A stretch of 33,000 nucleotides of DNA, from positions 6,665,001 through 6,698,000 of the forward strand of contig OZ176054.1 in assembly GCA_964247055.1 (NCBI GenBank). Direction: 5' to 3'. The position numbers were made by a program, and so were the translations under genes. Positions within the stretch are counted from its first letter, which is position 1; each line of letters opens with the position of its first letter. Origin of the DNA: Paragordius varius. Taxonomy: Eukaryota > Animalia > Nematomorpha. Shown one piece after another: positions 11,301 to 22,921 of the stretch. The notes under the pieces were generated by a model. The model searched no databases. It had not been told where the DNA came from and saw nothing but the letters and a program-made list of their open reading frames with translations.

Positions 11301-13403
11301 AAAAAATTTTGGTACCACTGATTCTGATATCCTTTAAACTTTAATTTTAACTGTTTAACACTTTGATTCAAATTGGGGTATCTAAATACCCCAGACTAAA
11401 TTTAAGTTAGGATTTTTAAAAAACTACTGAAGAAAACGTTACCAATTTAAATATATGTTTCTACCCTAAAAATTAAATAAATAAGCAATTAAATAAAATT
11501 TTTTTTTTAAAATAAGTTCCATGTCAAACTACTTCGACGCCATTTTTATTTAAGAAAATTTTGCAAACATCGTCTTCATTTAATTTTAGGGTAAAATTAA
11601 AGCTAATTTTTTATTTAAATTACATCTAACATTGATAGAAATAGAAAAAACGGTTTATTTTGTATTTTCAATTTTACCATTGCACACATGTCACGTTGAC
11701 TAAATTTTTACATTTCGTAGCTTTTAATAAGTAATATCAAGTATTTTTGAATAAAATTTTTTATATATTTCGGTTTATTAATGTAATATAAGTGCAAAAT
11801 TTTGCCATTGTTTCGATTCCTTCCATATTTTAGAGAATTTTAAGGCCTGGGGTATCCAACTACCCCAATTTGAATCCAAGGACTGACATGAATGTGTTAT
11901 ATGTGCAAGTGTTAAATATGTTAGCATCTACTTTTAATATTAAAATAAGATATAATTAGTGTTTGTCAGCTGTTGGCATTTAGTAAACACATTACCTTTT
12001 GGGATAGTTTTATAAAGTACAATAACTTTCAAAAAGTTTATTTAAAACATTGAGCTCTGGGATAGAGAGATAACCCAAAATGAAACTAGTAGAAAAAGTG
12101 AAAAGGTAATAAAGTGTTAAATATTTGTATTTTATTAAATTTTAATATCGCAAACTTCTAAGATTTCTTGCAACATATTCTTATTTCAAAACTAAATTAG
12201 ACTACAGAAATAGTAATATTTATTCTTAATAGCCTATAGCCTTCGTGCTGGGAGTTTGGAAGGCTATGTTATAATTCCGGAAAAAGTCGTGTTTATTACT
12301 GCTATTATAATTAAATAATAATTTTTTTGTGGTTTAGGTCGAATAAAAGTATGTACAATAGAGGAAAACACATCAACTAAATTCTATTTGATTAATACAT
12401 AAATTCAATCAGGATTGAAATTAAAATTATTAACTTTCGATTAATGACAAGATTAAACCAGATAATTTATCATTTACAAATAAGATTCTACATTAGATTT
12501 AAATTATAAATTTTGAGCACTTTGGCTTCGATTAATTGTAGTTAGGTGAGCGGCAATAGTATTTTTTAATTACTTTATTTAATTATAATATAAAAGCTTG
12601 ATTAATACTCAAGCTCTAAAAGGTTTTCTGCATTATACCATTTTTCTAGATCTAGATCATAAAATAATTTCATCTAAACTTCAATATTTATAATATATTC
12701 ATTACTTCTCAGTTAATAAGAAGCTCTATCAGCCCATTTATAAATAAGGATAAGAATAACAATTTACGAGCACAAAATTTGAGTAAAAAAATTGGGTTAA
12801 TAGATGTTAATTCATCGATTCGTATATTGGCTTTTTAGGGGATAATTGGATGACAAACTTTAATATATAATTAATAAATGAATTAAAAAAATTCACAAGT
12901 TTTTAACTCAAATCTGACGACAAAGTGGGATTTTTTGGTGCCAATCCTCTTATAAAATGTAGAATTCTGATCAATAATAGTTACGTTAATATTTGCAATG
13001 CCTATTAAAAAAATTTTTTATTAATTTTAATAAATTACATTTTTTGTTCGATTAAAACATAAAAAAATATAAGATATATAATTAATTAATACATTGTGCT
13101 TTCTATTATTTAAAACAATTTAGATATCACATGGGACAATAGAATAAGTGTATGGGATCAAGTTAAACCTTATCTTCTGATAGGTCAGCAAACGACTGAG
13201 GTAACCATTTTTTCGCATGCGCGTTCACATACTTTCCGATGCAGTGCTGATCATTGCATGAAATATAATTTGACTGCTGGAAATAGCATAAGATTAACAG
13301 GGGGTCTTACATTAAATGTGGTAAATGTTAAATAAATTATTCATTTCATTCTATGTTTTATCTGAACTAATAGGAAGTCAGTAGAATTAATAATAAAATT
13401 TAA
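8372..13403 (+). CDS. Secreted immunoglobulin-superfamily-like protein, ~439 aa, 6 exons
   Basis: Exons 8372-8663, 9906-10400, 10908-10984, 11045-11273, 13124-13320, 13374-13403 join in phase without stops. It begins with the signal-peptide-like MYCYLILIAMLTFYNNFKGSEA. The last domain has Ig spacing NLECVKCKESSQDITW...TFRCSA...LTLNV, assembled across the 11273/13124 junction. There are several N-x-S/T sites and no transmembrane segment. The small exons 10908-10984 and 13374-13403 are less certain. Confidence 0.75.
9187..9260 (+). mobile_element. hAT-like MITE left end
   Basis: CAAGGGTGGCCAAAC followed by a GC-rich subterminal stretch resembles hAT (Charlie/Buster-type) termini. No matching right end was found. 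Confidence 0.35.
10454..10756. mobile_element. TA-flanked MITE with 20-bp subterminal tandem repeats (Tc1/mariner-like target site)
   Basis: Inverted ends CCATTTACAATTCAA / TTGAACTGTAAATGG, each carrying ~3 copies of AACAATTCAAATTCACCCT, and both embedded in (TA)n. It sits in an intron of the Ig-like gene. Confidence 0.8.
11359..11911 (+). mobile_element. piggyBac-like non-autonomous element, copy 1
   Basis: TTAA at 11355-58 and 11912-15. Ends CACTT...AAGTG, with inner inverted repeat GATTCAAATTGGGGTA / TACCCCAATTTGAATC. Homologous to copies 2 and 3. Confidence 0.85.
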
Positions 13404-13819
13404 TGGGTAGTGGCAAAGTGTTCTCAGAAATATAATTATGATATTAGGGATTAGGGAGTCATATTGCATATGATCTATTATATTAAGAAAAAAAATTACG
13501 CTTTCTAATAAAGCCGAAGCGAGTCTGGATCAATTCTATTCAAAAAGTTCAAATAATAAACTGTGCTTTTTGATAATGTTTTAATTTTAAATATAATTTG
13601 TTATAAGTAATAATTAGGTCACAATGCAATAGGAACTTAAAATTTTTTTAACCAAATATAATTTGTAAGTATAGATTTTCTGAATTAATCAAAATATTTT
13701 TTTCAATTTCTAGATTTCAATAGAATATTTGATATAAAAACCGATAGAATCTTTAAATTGTATTACAATTCATAATAATTTTTGAATAATTTTTGAATAT
13801 CAATATTCATTTACAATCA

Positions 13820-14820
13820 AGGTATTTATTCATAACACTAGCTAACAAATTACTTTTTTTAAACTGCCATTCTTATAAATTTAAATTTTTATTCATTAAA
13901 AAATTGGTCTAACTCTTAAGAATTTTTTTTTATTAGGGTTTATCGAAAATTTTCGGCTCTGATTTAACATTTAACTCGAAATTTAAAATTAACAGTTTTA
14001 GATAGAGAGCCATGTATTATATATCATTCAAAAGAGCGCGAAAAACTGTATCTTTCGAGTGGTAGAAGGCTATTTAAATTTATTTGATTTAAAAGTATAG
14101 TCAAAATTTTTAACTCTTAAATAAATCAAATATTTTCACATACAAACTACTTAGATAATCATATAATCATTTTAATATAATTATTAGGGTTACATTAGTG
14201 TTTAATAAAAAAAATCTTTGTAAATCTTTTGGTTTGCTTATTAAATAAAAAATATTATCATAATTATTTTATCTAGTGGATAAAATGTATAGTTATAACT
14301 GTAAATTTATTACATAATGGCTATGAAAAATCAAAAATACCAACTTCGTTTTAAGCCTTTAAAATTTTGAAATTATAAGCCATGTAAAGAAAATAAATTA
14401 ATATTGATAAGATGGTAGTTTTTTAAAAAACAAAAAACTTAACATGGCTGTTTGAATGGCAGAAAAGCAATAAATAAATGTTTTAATCAAAAAGACTTTC
14501 TTGTGTTATCTACGGACATTCATTGCCATTTGGACAAAGTATAAGCTATTTTTATCCATTTTAAAATATAATAATGAAAAACGCTTTCGCTTCGCGCGTT
14601 TGTCGCTTCCTATGTCCAATATTAACTATCGATGTAAAACATATTAGTATGCATTTTATAGATTTTTTATACTCTTTTGAATGATATATAACAAATGGGC
14701 ATTTGTTCCATTTCAAAGAATAACATTTTTTAGTAAAATTTCGAAAGAGAGTGCATAATCCAAAATAGTTTAAACTTTTATGGTAAGTGCTCCATATCAG
14801 AAAATGACAAAATCTGAGCA
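13820..14820 (+). repeat. ~1-kb dispersed repeat, copy 1 (inverted relative to 23190-24300)
   Basis: Colinear reverse-complement similarity, e.g. CGCTTCGCGCGTTTGTCGCT at ~14588 versus AGCGACAAACGCGCGAAGCG at ~23451, and shared TAGTTATAACTGTAAATTTATTACATAATGGCTAT. Ends are approximate. Confidence 0.8.
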
Positions 14821-15430
14821 CGTTTTTGTAAATTTTTAATGAAAGCTTAAATGCTTCATTCCAAAAATATGGCTAAATATCACAAACCACTTATAAAGAG
14901 CAAACAATATTTTTATGATGCAAAGATGTGGGCTCCAAAAGTCCCAAATTTTTTTTACTTTTCTAAAACGGTATAATTCTTTTAAAATAAACTCGAAAAT
15001 GCCTGGATTGCGCGATATATTAAAAATATGCTAAATTTCATCAAAAAATATATTTTTTAAAAAATGCGTAATTTTTACAAAAATTTAATTTTTTACAAAA
15101 TGTTGTTGAAGCGTCCTCATCATTTTTAGGGAGGAGAAAACTCTGAAATTTTTGAAATTATCTAAAGTGGTTTCCAAAGAGAATTGCCATCAAAGAGGGG
15201 TTATCAAATAGGGGGTAGTACGAATCGTGAGAAACAATCTTAAATTCTTAATTTTTTTTAAATCTAAATAGTTTAAATCAAAAATTGCAATATATCATAT
15301 GCCTTTATGGATTTTAAGAGTGAAAAATATGGAATTCATTTAGTCTCCGACCAATTCGACCTGTAAGTCTATTGTATGAAATAATACATTGCTTATTAAT
15401 TCCATAATTGATCATTTGTATTTTCCTGTA

Positions 15431-15933
15431 GAGGAATTCGCTAAATACTTTCAAGATCCTATAATTTAATGATCAGTTAAATTAACCATAAATCCATTCA
15501 CATTGATGTGACTTCTCTTCCGGTGTAGAAGTACATGAAGTGGCATTGGGTGAAATTTATTTAAACTAATAAAAATCACTTTGCCAATCTTAATATCGAG
15601 AAAATTTGGATAAAAGTTCATAACCTATATCCAAAATTATCTCAAATTGTCTTAGGCATTTTAATAGCTTCTGGATAAACGTATTTATGTAAAATTGGTT
15701 TCTCAGTCTTAATTCGATTAAGAACAAAACTAGCATGAACGTTAATAAGGACAAGCGCAAATTATCAAGGTTAATCGCCGATGAGGAAAAAATTTTAACA
15801 ATCGCAGCTACAAGGAGCTCAATGATTGTGATTTTTATAATATCATAATAACAAATTCATCTTTGATTTTTTGGAAAAGAGACGGAACGGGGTGCGAATT
15901 TCCAATATAATGGGTTAAGTTTGAGAACCACTG
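15431..15933 (+). mobile_element. Decayed hAT (Buster/Charlie-type) transposase C-terminus with right TIR
   Basis: Translates as EEFAKYF...INPF and KIWIKVHNLYPKLSQIVLGILIASG*TYLCKIGFSVLIRLRTK, matching the hAT dimerisation domain (FW..YP.LS..AL...TYLCE.GFS) with stops and a frameshift. It ends in TTTGAGAACCACTG at 15920-15933, the reverse complement of the CAGTGGTTCTCAAA hAT terminus. Confidence 0.85.
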
Positions 15934-16043
15934 CTCAAAAATGAAGTGGTTTTCCTAAAATAAGATAAGGTATAAATTAATTTTCTGCTAATTTTCTAAA
16001 CTTTCCATTTTTCTCAATATGAATTGTTTATTTAAATGTAAAA

Positions 16044-16049
16044 TTTATT
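16044..16049 (-). terminator. Polyadenylation signal of gene Y
   Basis: AATAAA on the minus strand 28 nt after the TAA at 16077. Confidence 0.45.
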
Positions 16050-16076
16050 TGCAAACAGTAATGCAATTACAGAATA

Positions 16077-19000
16077 TTATTGTTGTAATGATTGAATTAA
16101 ATTCAAAAATTCTTCCCAACCTATAACGTTAATAATATAAAGATACTTCCAATTTCATCATTATTCCCTAATTATAACAACAACAAAGATTTTATTAATT
16201 TTTTATTGAGTTTTTAATTTTTTAATAATATTTATGCATAGAAATTAGAGAGGAATGTTAGATCTTACGCATAATTTGATCAAAATCGAAATCTACAAGC
16301 ATAACTGGACATTTATACCATTTAAATGTCCGAACATCCCTAAAATTAATCATAAAGGATTTTTTTAATACTTTCAATGTTTCTTGTCAACTCTAAATAA
16401 TTATCAGAATAAAAATATAAGATAAATACGAGGCATTGAAGCTTGTTCGATTTGATTAAGCATAGTGCGACAATCTAATGGAATAAATAATAATCAATCA
16501 CATTTTATATGGATAGCCCAATTGGATAACACCCGTTTAAAAAAATAAAAAAAATTGTAAATCTAACGGCTTTTCCAGGCAGCCATATAAATAAAAATAA
16601 TGGTATATAATTTTACGAGAATCCGTAGTATAGTTTGCAAAAAATATAATTTGAGACAAGTTTTCATCAAATGTTTGTTGGATAAATTTTAACAATCCCC
16701 CATGCTTTAAAATAAATTAATTTTCAATAGTTATTATAATACCTCTCATGGCTACAAAAGCGTCTTAATTTAAGACAAAATTATACCTTCGATACCCGCT
16801 TTAAAACCTAAATATTATGTGTGCAATATAAAAAAATATAATTTTACCATTTAATCTTCCCAATATATATGGTGCTTGAGGCTAAAATATAAATTTACCA
16901 TTTTCCCACGTAGTTAAACCTGCATAGTTAATCATAGCATACTTTCCATTACTGCTGAAAATCTTTGTGTTATTAAATTCAAAGCTATTTTTATGGATAG
17001 AATATATATAATTAAAATCTAATCAAGAACTAATAAAATTATTTTAAAAAATTATAATTTTAAAACAATCAGATTTCATTATTAATATCTAATTTTATGA
17101 CAAACTAAATGAACAAACATATAGCAATTTTTAAGTAATATAAATAATATTATTAACGATTTTTAGATATGTTTATTACTTAAAACATTTATTTAAGGTA
17201 ACGTATTAGTAATACCAATTTTTTTTCAAATATTGAATGTTAAGTTTAAGTTACATTAGTTTAATTAAAGTGTGGACCGATTTAACTACGATTATAGATT
17301 AAAAGCTTTATTGGGTAGTTAATTATGTCCCATTTCTAACTTTAAATATGTTAAAACTTCATTATTTATGTTATAAAAATTTCCTGTCAAAATACTGATA
17401 AACAGTTTTTTAGCGCATCTTGCTGTACATTTATATCTCTTATATGGCGTTTTATTTTAAAACACATTTGCTGAATTTGATACTCTGATTAAACTTTTCA
17501 AATGGCTCACCTATAAGATTGTACTTAGGCCGTCAAACCAAAAATGTTTTCGTATAAATAAAATAATGTTTTGAAGTTTTTGTACCATATATAATAATTG
17601 GCTTTCACTTAAAAATTGAAATCATATGCACAAAACGTTTTTAAACGTATTGAATAGGGATGTAAATAAATAACAATCAATTATCTATTTATTCTTGTAA
17701 TTTAAAATGTTATATTGTAACTATGTCAAAAAATATGGTTAATTTTATGAAAAAATATTTGTCTTTACGTTTTGTTAGTATAAATTTATATTTTACTGCA
17801 TTGCATCGTCATTTTTTATATAATAAAGGTGGCAAATCTAATATGATCGTTCAAAAAAATTCCATTTTAATTTATAAATATTAGATTTTGTTAGAAGGAA
17901 CAGCATTTAATGATGTTCAACATAGCTTACAGTATTATTTTTTGGAGGAGGGGGGAAGAGTTAATTATATTTAAGGAGCTAAATTTTTTTCACTTTTGTA
18001 AGGTTTAGGAAGTCAGCTTACAAAATTACCAAAATTAAAATAAACAGTTTTAAAATAAAATATTTCTGATAATTAAGGTAGAAATAAATTTGCGTTGGAG
18101 ACTACTCAATCCTATCTTTATTAATCTTTTATAATTGTTAGTAAATTTTATTTGAGATTTGGCAAATTCACAAAAAATATTTAGCGGAAGATATTTGCCA
18201 TTACTGAGGCAAAATAGGAATCGCCCTAGGTTTGAAATAATAAAATGGTAATCTTAAAGAGTAATTATATAGAAGTATATTTTACCGTGATATATCCAAG
18301 ATGCAGCTATATGGCATTTAATTTAAAACGTACCTCTCCGCTCATAATTCAGTGCTATATGTTATATTGTAACAAATCTTATTATTGGTTATAAGTCGAT
18401 TAATTGATGCATTTATAAAAAATATATGTGAGTAAAGAGAAATCTTTTAGCTGTTGTTAAGATTATAAATTTTATGCACAATTTAAGCAGCGACCAATAA
18501 AATAATAAAAAGTTGCTATACGCGCCAATTAAGGACGCCAAAGCCACAACAATATTGATTGTTATTGTAAATTTAACATATAAACCTCGAACATTATAAA
18601 GGCCCCTTGCTACAATATAAGTTATAAACAATTAAATATGTTTCATCAAATGAATAATAACACCATATAAAAAATATTTTTATAGCAGAATAAGCCAATG
18701 AAGGTAAGATTTTATGACTCAATCGGGGTTCGGTTTGACAGGTTTAACACATAAAAACGCTTGATTCCGCTTCCAGGGTGGTCAAAAATTATAAACCACA
18801 CAAAATTATTGTATGCTACTTTTCTGCAAAAATATCTACAAAAAATGTATTTTATGATTTTAGTATAAAAATATTAGTAACAATAAGGTAATTGTGTTTA
18901 AAATTTAATAAAGGACAAAAAATTTAATCATTAACCCGTGTCGCGGTTTCAAAAAAGTTTGGTATTGAGGGTTTTTTTAGTTACAAAACGGATCAAAAGC

Positions 19001-22000
19001 GACTCTGGTTTCGATTTCTGCTTAAAACTAGTAAAATTAAGCCAAATATTATTTTCTGTTTGGTCTTTATTATAAATACCTAAAATAGTTCTGGCTATAT
19101 CTAAATTTAAATTATTACAATGAATTGGTTGTATAATTTTGAAATATCTTTAAATATTTTTGCACCTGCGTATAAAAAAATAATACCTGGGTTGGATAAT
19201 GCTATATCATAATTAATCAATTAAGTTACTTCTTTCAAGGATTGGAAATCCTGTATACCAAAGTATTAAAAAAAATAACCAACTTGAGGGTGTTTGTTGG
19301 GGTGTTTCATCTAAATGTAAAATATGAAAGATTTGTCTTCTTTAATAGTCCAAATCTAATTTTAGTTACATTTTTAACATTATTGTCTTAAATAGCATTA
19401 TCAGTTTTAATTAAACTTATTATGCAAGTCAAATTAGACATTTTCAAAATATATTTTGGATGTTAAGTAATACTAGAAGGTCCTGCAATCGGTTCATCTA
19501 GATATAAAAAGTGAAATAATGAGCCATTTTTGCCCAATGAATACTGATTTTATTAATTAACACAAGTAAAATGATTTAGATCAGAGGTGCCCAACACAAA
19601 AGGCTTAGCGGGCCCCTTTTTAAACTTAAAAATATGGCGGACTATATAAATAATTAAATACATATAATAAATATTTCATTAGATTCCATATACAAGAATG
19701 CAAAAATTATAAACTTCACCAATATATTACTAGATTAGGGAAGACTTTATTGGATTAAAGCTTGATTAAAAATTGCAAATTTTATAATATTTATGTTATA
19801 TTCACATATTTCACGGACTCAAAATATCTCAGAAGGCCGCTTATACATTTCTGGAATTTTTTCGTTTGCACCGCGTTGTAAATGGTGGTTTATTTAATAA
19901 ATGTTTAATTAATAAAAATGGATGTTTAATAAACTGATAAAATACAACCCTGAGCACTGCTTGTAGACGGTTGTGGATTATCGATTTCATCTATGAAATG
20001 TATAAGTAAATTTTTAAGATATTTATAAAATTGGTATGGAATATGAAATAAACAACATCTACACAGCTACATTATAATATTTATTATGTTTAATAAATCA
20101 CCCAAATTAGAGAATATTTCTGGCAAAAAATGGATTTACGACGCCTTTGTTAATTTTTAACACACTTGACGACAACGCTAATTGTATAATGGGATAACTT
20201 TTAGATTATTTTTTGATATTGATTAGTTAACAATATATAAGAAACCACCAGAAACCTAAGAAATGCACTTCTTACTATTAAAATTAGTAAATTTCCCCGA
20301 GATAGAATAATTCTTGGCTCAAAATATTTTGAAGAGTCGATATATAATTGATAAAGCAAAAAGATAAAACTTTGTACCAATCAATGAAATGCGTAATATA
20401 TAAAAAAATGATACCCGGTTTTGCCCTTTTAAGACCTGTAAATATAGTGCAATAAAATACTTTGTGAATCCATGTCTAAATTTTAAAAAATAATTTTTAA
20501 TGCGATTGTTGCATACTCTATACTTATTTTAACTAAAATTTATAAATTGCCGAATTGTATTAAAAAACTTTTAGTTTTGAAATATCAAAAATTAAATATA
20601 TCAACGAATATAGAAAATATTATAAAATGTTTAAAGCGTTAATTATCATGTGAATTTTAAACAGCTCAAAGAATAATAACTGGGATCTTTTATGAATGCA
20701 GCATTGTTTATAATCAATATAATTAAATCCAATTATTCAGTATGCATTTTATTGTCTGTTAAGTAATTTTATTGCCAGTCAAACATAAATGGTTTATCAA
20801 ATGCGAAAATACTGCTCCACAAAATCATTTCATAGTACACATATGAAAGAGGATAACGTGAGAATTAACATAGGCTTAATTTGATGGATATTTTGTAATG
20901 TTAAATTTTAAGAATATTACAGTTTTTGTGTTAACATGTTACTTAAGAACGGGTATCCTCATTTTAATTTCACTGATTTGCAATACTTTTACATTTATAT
21001 TCAAATATTTACTAATTTAAAAGATTAGGTGATAAAAATATGTGTAAGTTTCGACTGATCATATTCAATAAAGCATTCTTTATGGGCAGAAGCAAACCTT
21101 GTTATTCTGTTCTACTGTTTCTTATATTACGCTTTAAATTTTGTTCTCTTTTTTTAAAGCAAAGTATGCGTAATGAAAATATTATTATGCTAAAAAACTA
21201 GCTTATATTTATTTGATTGTGAAAAATCTTGACTATTTCCCATTAATCTTAAAAAATAAATGGAGATAAGGTGGGCTAATTATACAATTTCTCGATTTAG
21301 GTAAAAAAAAGTAGATATAACCATCTTTAAATGGCTTAATCACAGAGCACAAATCGAAAAACATTCTGTTATTAGATATATACATATATGTTCAGAATAT
21401 CTAAGTTTTGTGAACTGTGTATATAGTTTAAAATATTTTTACAGCAAAAATAAGTGAAAATAAACCGTCTGGGTTTAATTTTCTTTTTAAAGACTTTGTC
21501 TCGTCTACAGAGGGTTCTTCTGGCTGTTGATCTATAGTAGGTTCTGGATCATCTAAACAATTTAATTTATTGTATACCAATAACTTCCACTGATGTTGGC
21601 TCCGTCAACTCCGACTCCAAGTTTGATTCAACTATTCTTTGTGCGCCTTAAAATACATTTTTACACACATAATTTATACAAAAAATGGTTCCTCAAATCA
21701 AACATATATGCACCGAAAACCACAGTTTCATAGGCTAAATTATATTAGCTGTATATATTATAAACATTTTGGAATATACAATGGAACGTTATCATGTTTA
21801 TTAGTTTTAGTCAAAATTCTTTGATATTAAATTCTTCCGGAGTTTAAATCACATTCCCTTTTAAAAAAGCAACCCCTAAACATTATCAAAACCTACGTTA
21901 GGGCGCTATTTCCATCATTTTAGAAACTAAAACAAACAGGATTCGTTAAACATAATTATTATTCATACTGTAAAACTAAAATATATAAAGTAAAACAAAA

Positions 22001-22775
22001 ATTTTGTATAAACACCAAAAAAATCAAGGTTCGTCTTTTACTTACAATATAAGAATGTTGTTTAGAGAAAATAATTTTTTAAGCAGTGTTATAACGGGAT
22101 GAAAAATATACTAATTTCAAAATCAAATATAGGTTCGCTCTCAATAAAAATTAAAAAACATTTTAGACAATTATAAATGTATGTATGTTATGTACTTCAA
22201 AGTAAAATACAATTCAAAAAACGCTTAGTGCAAATTTTTTTGATCGGGAGGATGGGTACATTTTCAAACTCAATAATCGTTTTTTAATATATTTTACATG
22301 TGAATTACACACACATACATATAGATTTTTAACTGTTATTGAGTAAGTAACTCCATTTTGTTACAAAACCAGTAAAATTTTTAATCCTGTTATATTAAAT
22401 TTTGCTTTACAACAATTATTTTGTGTATATACAGAGAGCAAATTAATAAAATTATTTATTTATATATTACTTATTATATTTTGGAACTATATATTTAATT
22501 AAATTTTTTCTATAATATTGTTTAAGCTTTTCAATTAAGCAAACGGTATAAAATCGGTAGGGGGCATTACAATTATTTGTAGTGTGTGTTCGAATCCCGA
22601 AACTGCGCAATTTTGCCATCATATATTCTTAAAACTTTCACGGGTTCTTACTAAAATACAATTTAAGTCTTTACCTATCAAATTGATACAGGAAATAAGA
22701 AACTCTAAACCAGAGGTACTCACCAAAAAATAGAAAAGCAGAATATAATATTGTGCTTTTGTCGCAATGCACCAT
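16077..22775 (-). CDS. Gene Y: micro-exon gene encoding a putative secreted ~323-aa protein of unknown family (28 exons)
   Basis: Exons 5' to 3': 22775-22724, 21646-21578, 21552-21466, 19497-19474, 19310-19284, 19250-19230, 19201-19187, 19100-19080, 19055-19029, 18609-18586, 18354-18334, 18306-18286, 18252-18205, 17607-17539, 17510-17484, 17422-17358, 17335-17290, 16984-16943, 16919-16899, 16874-16848, 16807-16787, 16763-16743, 16474-16430, 16392-16372, 16339-16319, 16292-16269, 16167-16147, 16120-16077. All are GT-AG and give one stop-free frame of 972 nt. 24 of 26 internal exons are phase 1-1 and ten are 21 nt. A TATA/Inr lies upstream and AATAAA downstream. Some individual junctions (e.g. 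17335-17290) have weak donors. Confidence 0.75.
19583..19890 (+). mobile_element. hAT-like MITE in a gene Y intron
   Basis: Left end CAGAGGTGCCCAAC with subterminal GCGGGCC. The right end is degenerate. Confidence 0.45.
20738..20937 (+). repeat. ~200-bp dispersed repeat, copy 2 (in a gene Y intron)
   Basis: See copy 1 at 5846-6052. Confidence 0.85.
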
Positions 22776-22786
22776 ATAATACCGAC

Positions 22787-22822
22787 AATATGACGCATAT
22801 GGAGATATTTATATTTTATATA
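22787..22822 (-). promoter_or_regulatory. Putative core promoter of gene Y (TATA box plus initiator-like TCATATT)
   Basis: TATATAAAA at 22822-22814 and TCATATT with its A at 22791, 31 nt downstream of the TATA start and 16 nt upstream of the ATG at 22775. The sequence is AT-rich, so a chance match is possible. Confidence 0.45.
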
Positions 22823-22921
22823 GGTATATATCAAAAAAACAATTAAATAATCCAGGGCTATTAAAAGCATTTTTAGGGCTTTATGCGGCCCATATACCAC
22901 TTCTCTTAACACAGTACATTT

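Noticed and set aside
12233-12402. Possible extra or alternative terminal exons of the Ig-like gene (12233-12285, 12338-12402)
   Set aside because: They are phase-incompatible or lead to an early stop. The direct 11273/13124 join gives the canonical Ig Cys-Trp spacing.
18413-18631. Minus-strand 72-aa hydrophobic ORF as a stand-alone membrane protein
   Set aside because: Only 18609-18586 has good splice sites and fits the gene Y chain. The remainder is AT-rich read-through that translates hydrophobic by composition.
20040-21430. Further possible gene Y micro-exons (e.g. GFWWFLIY near 20230-20255, MFFDLCSVIKPFKDG near 21320-21365)
   Set aside because: They need introns of about 20 nt or phases that do not connect, so the support is too weak to include in the model.
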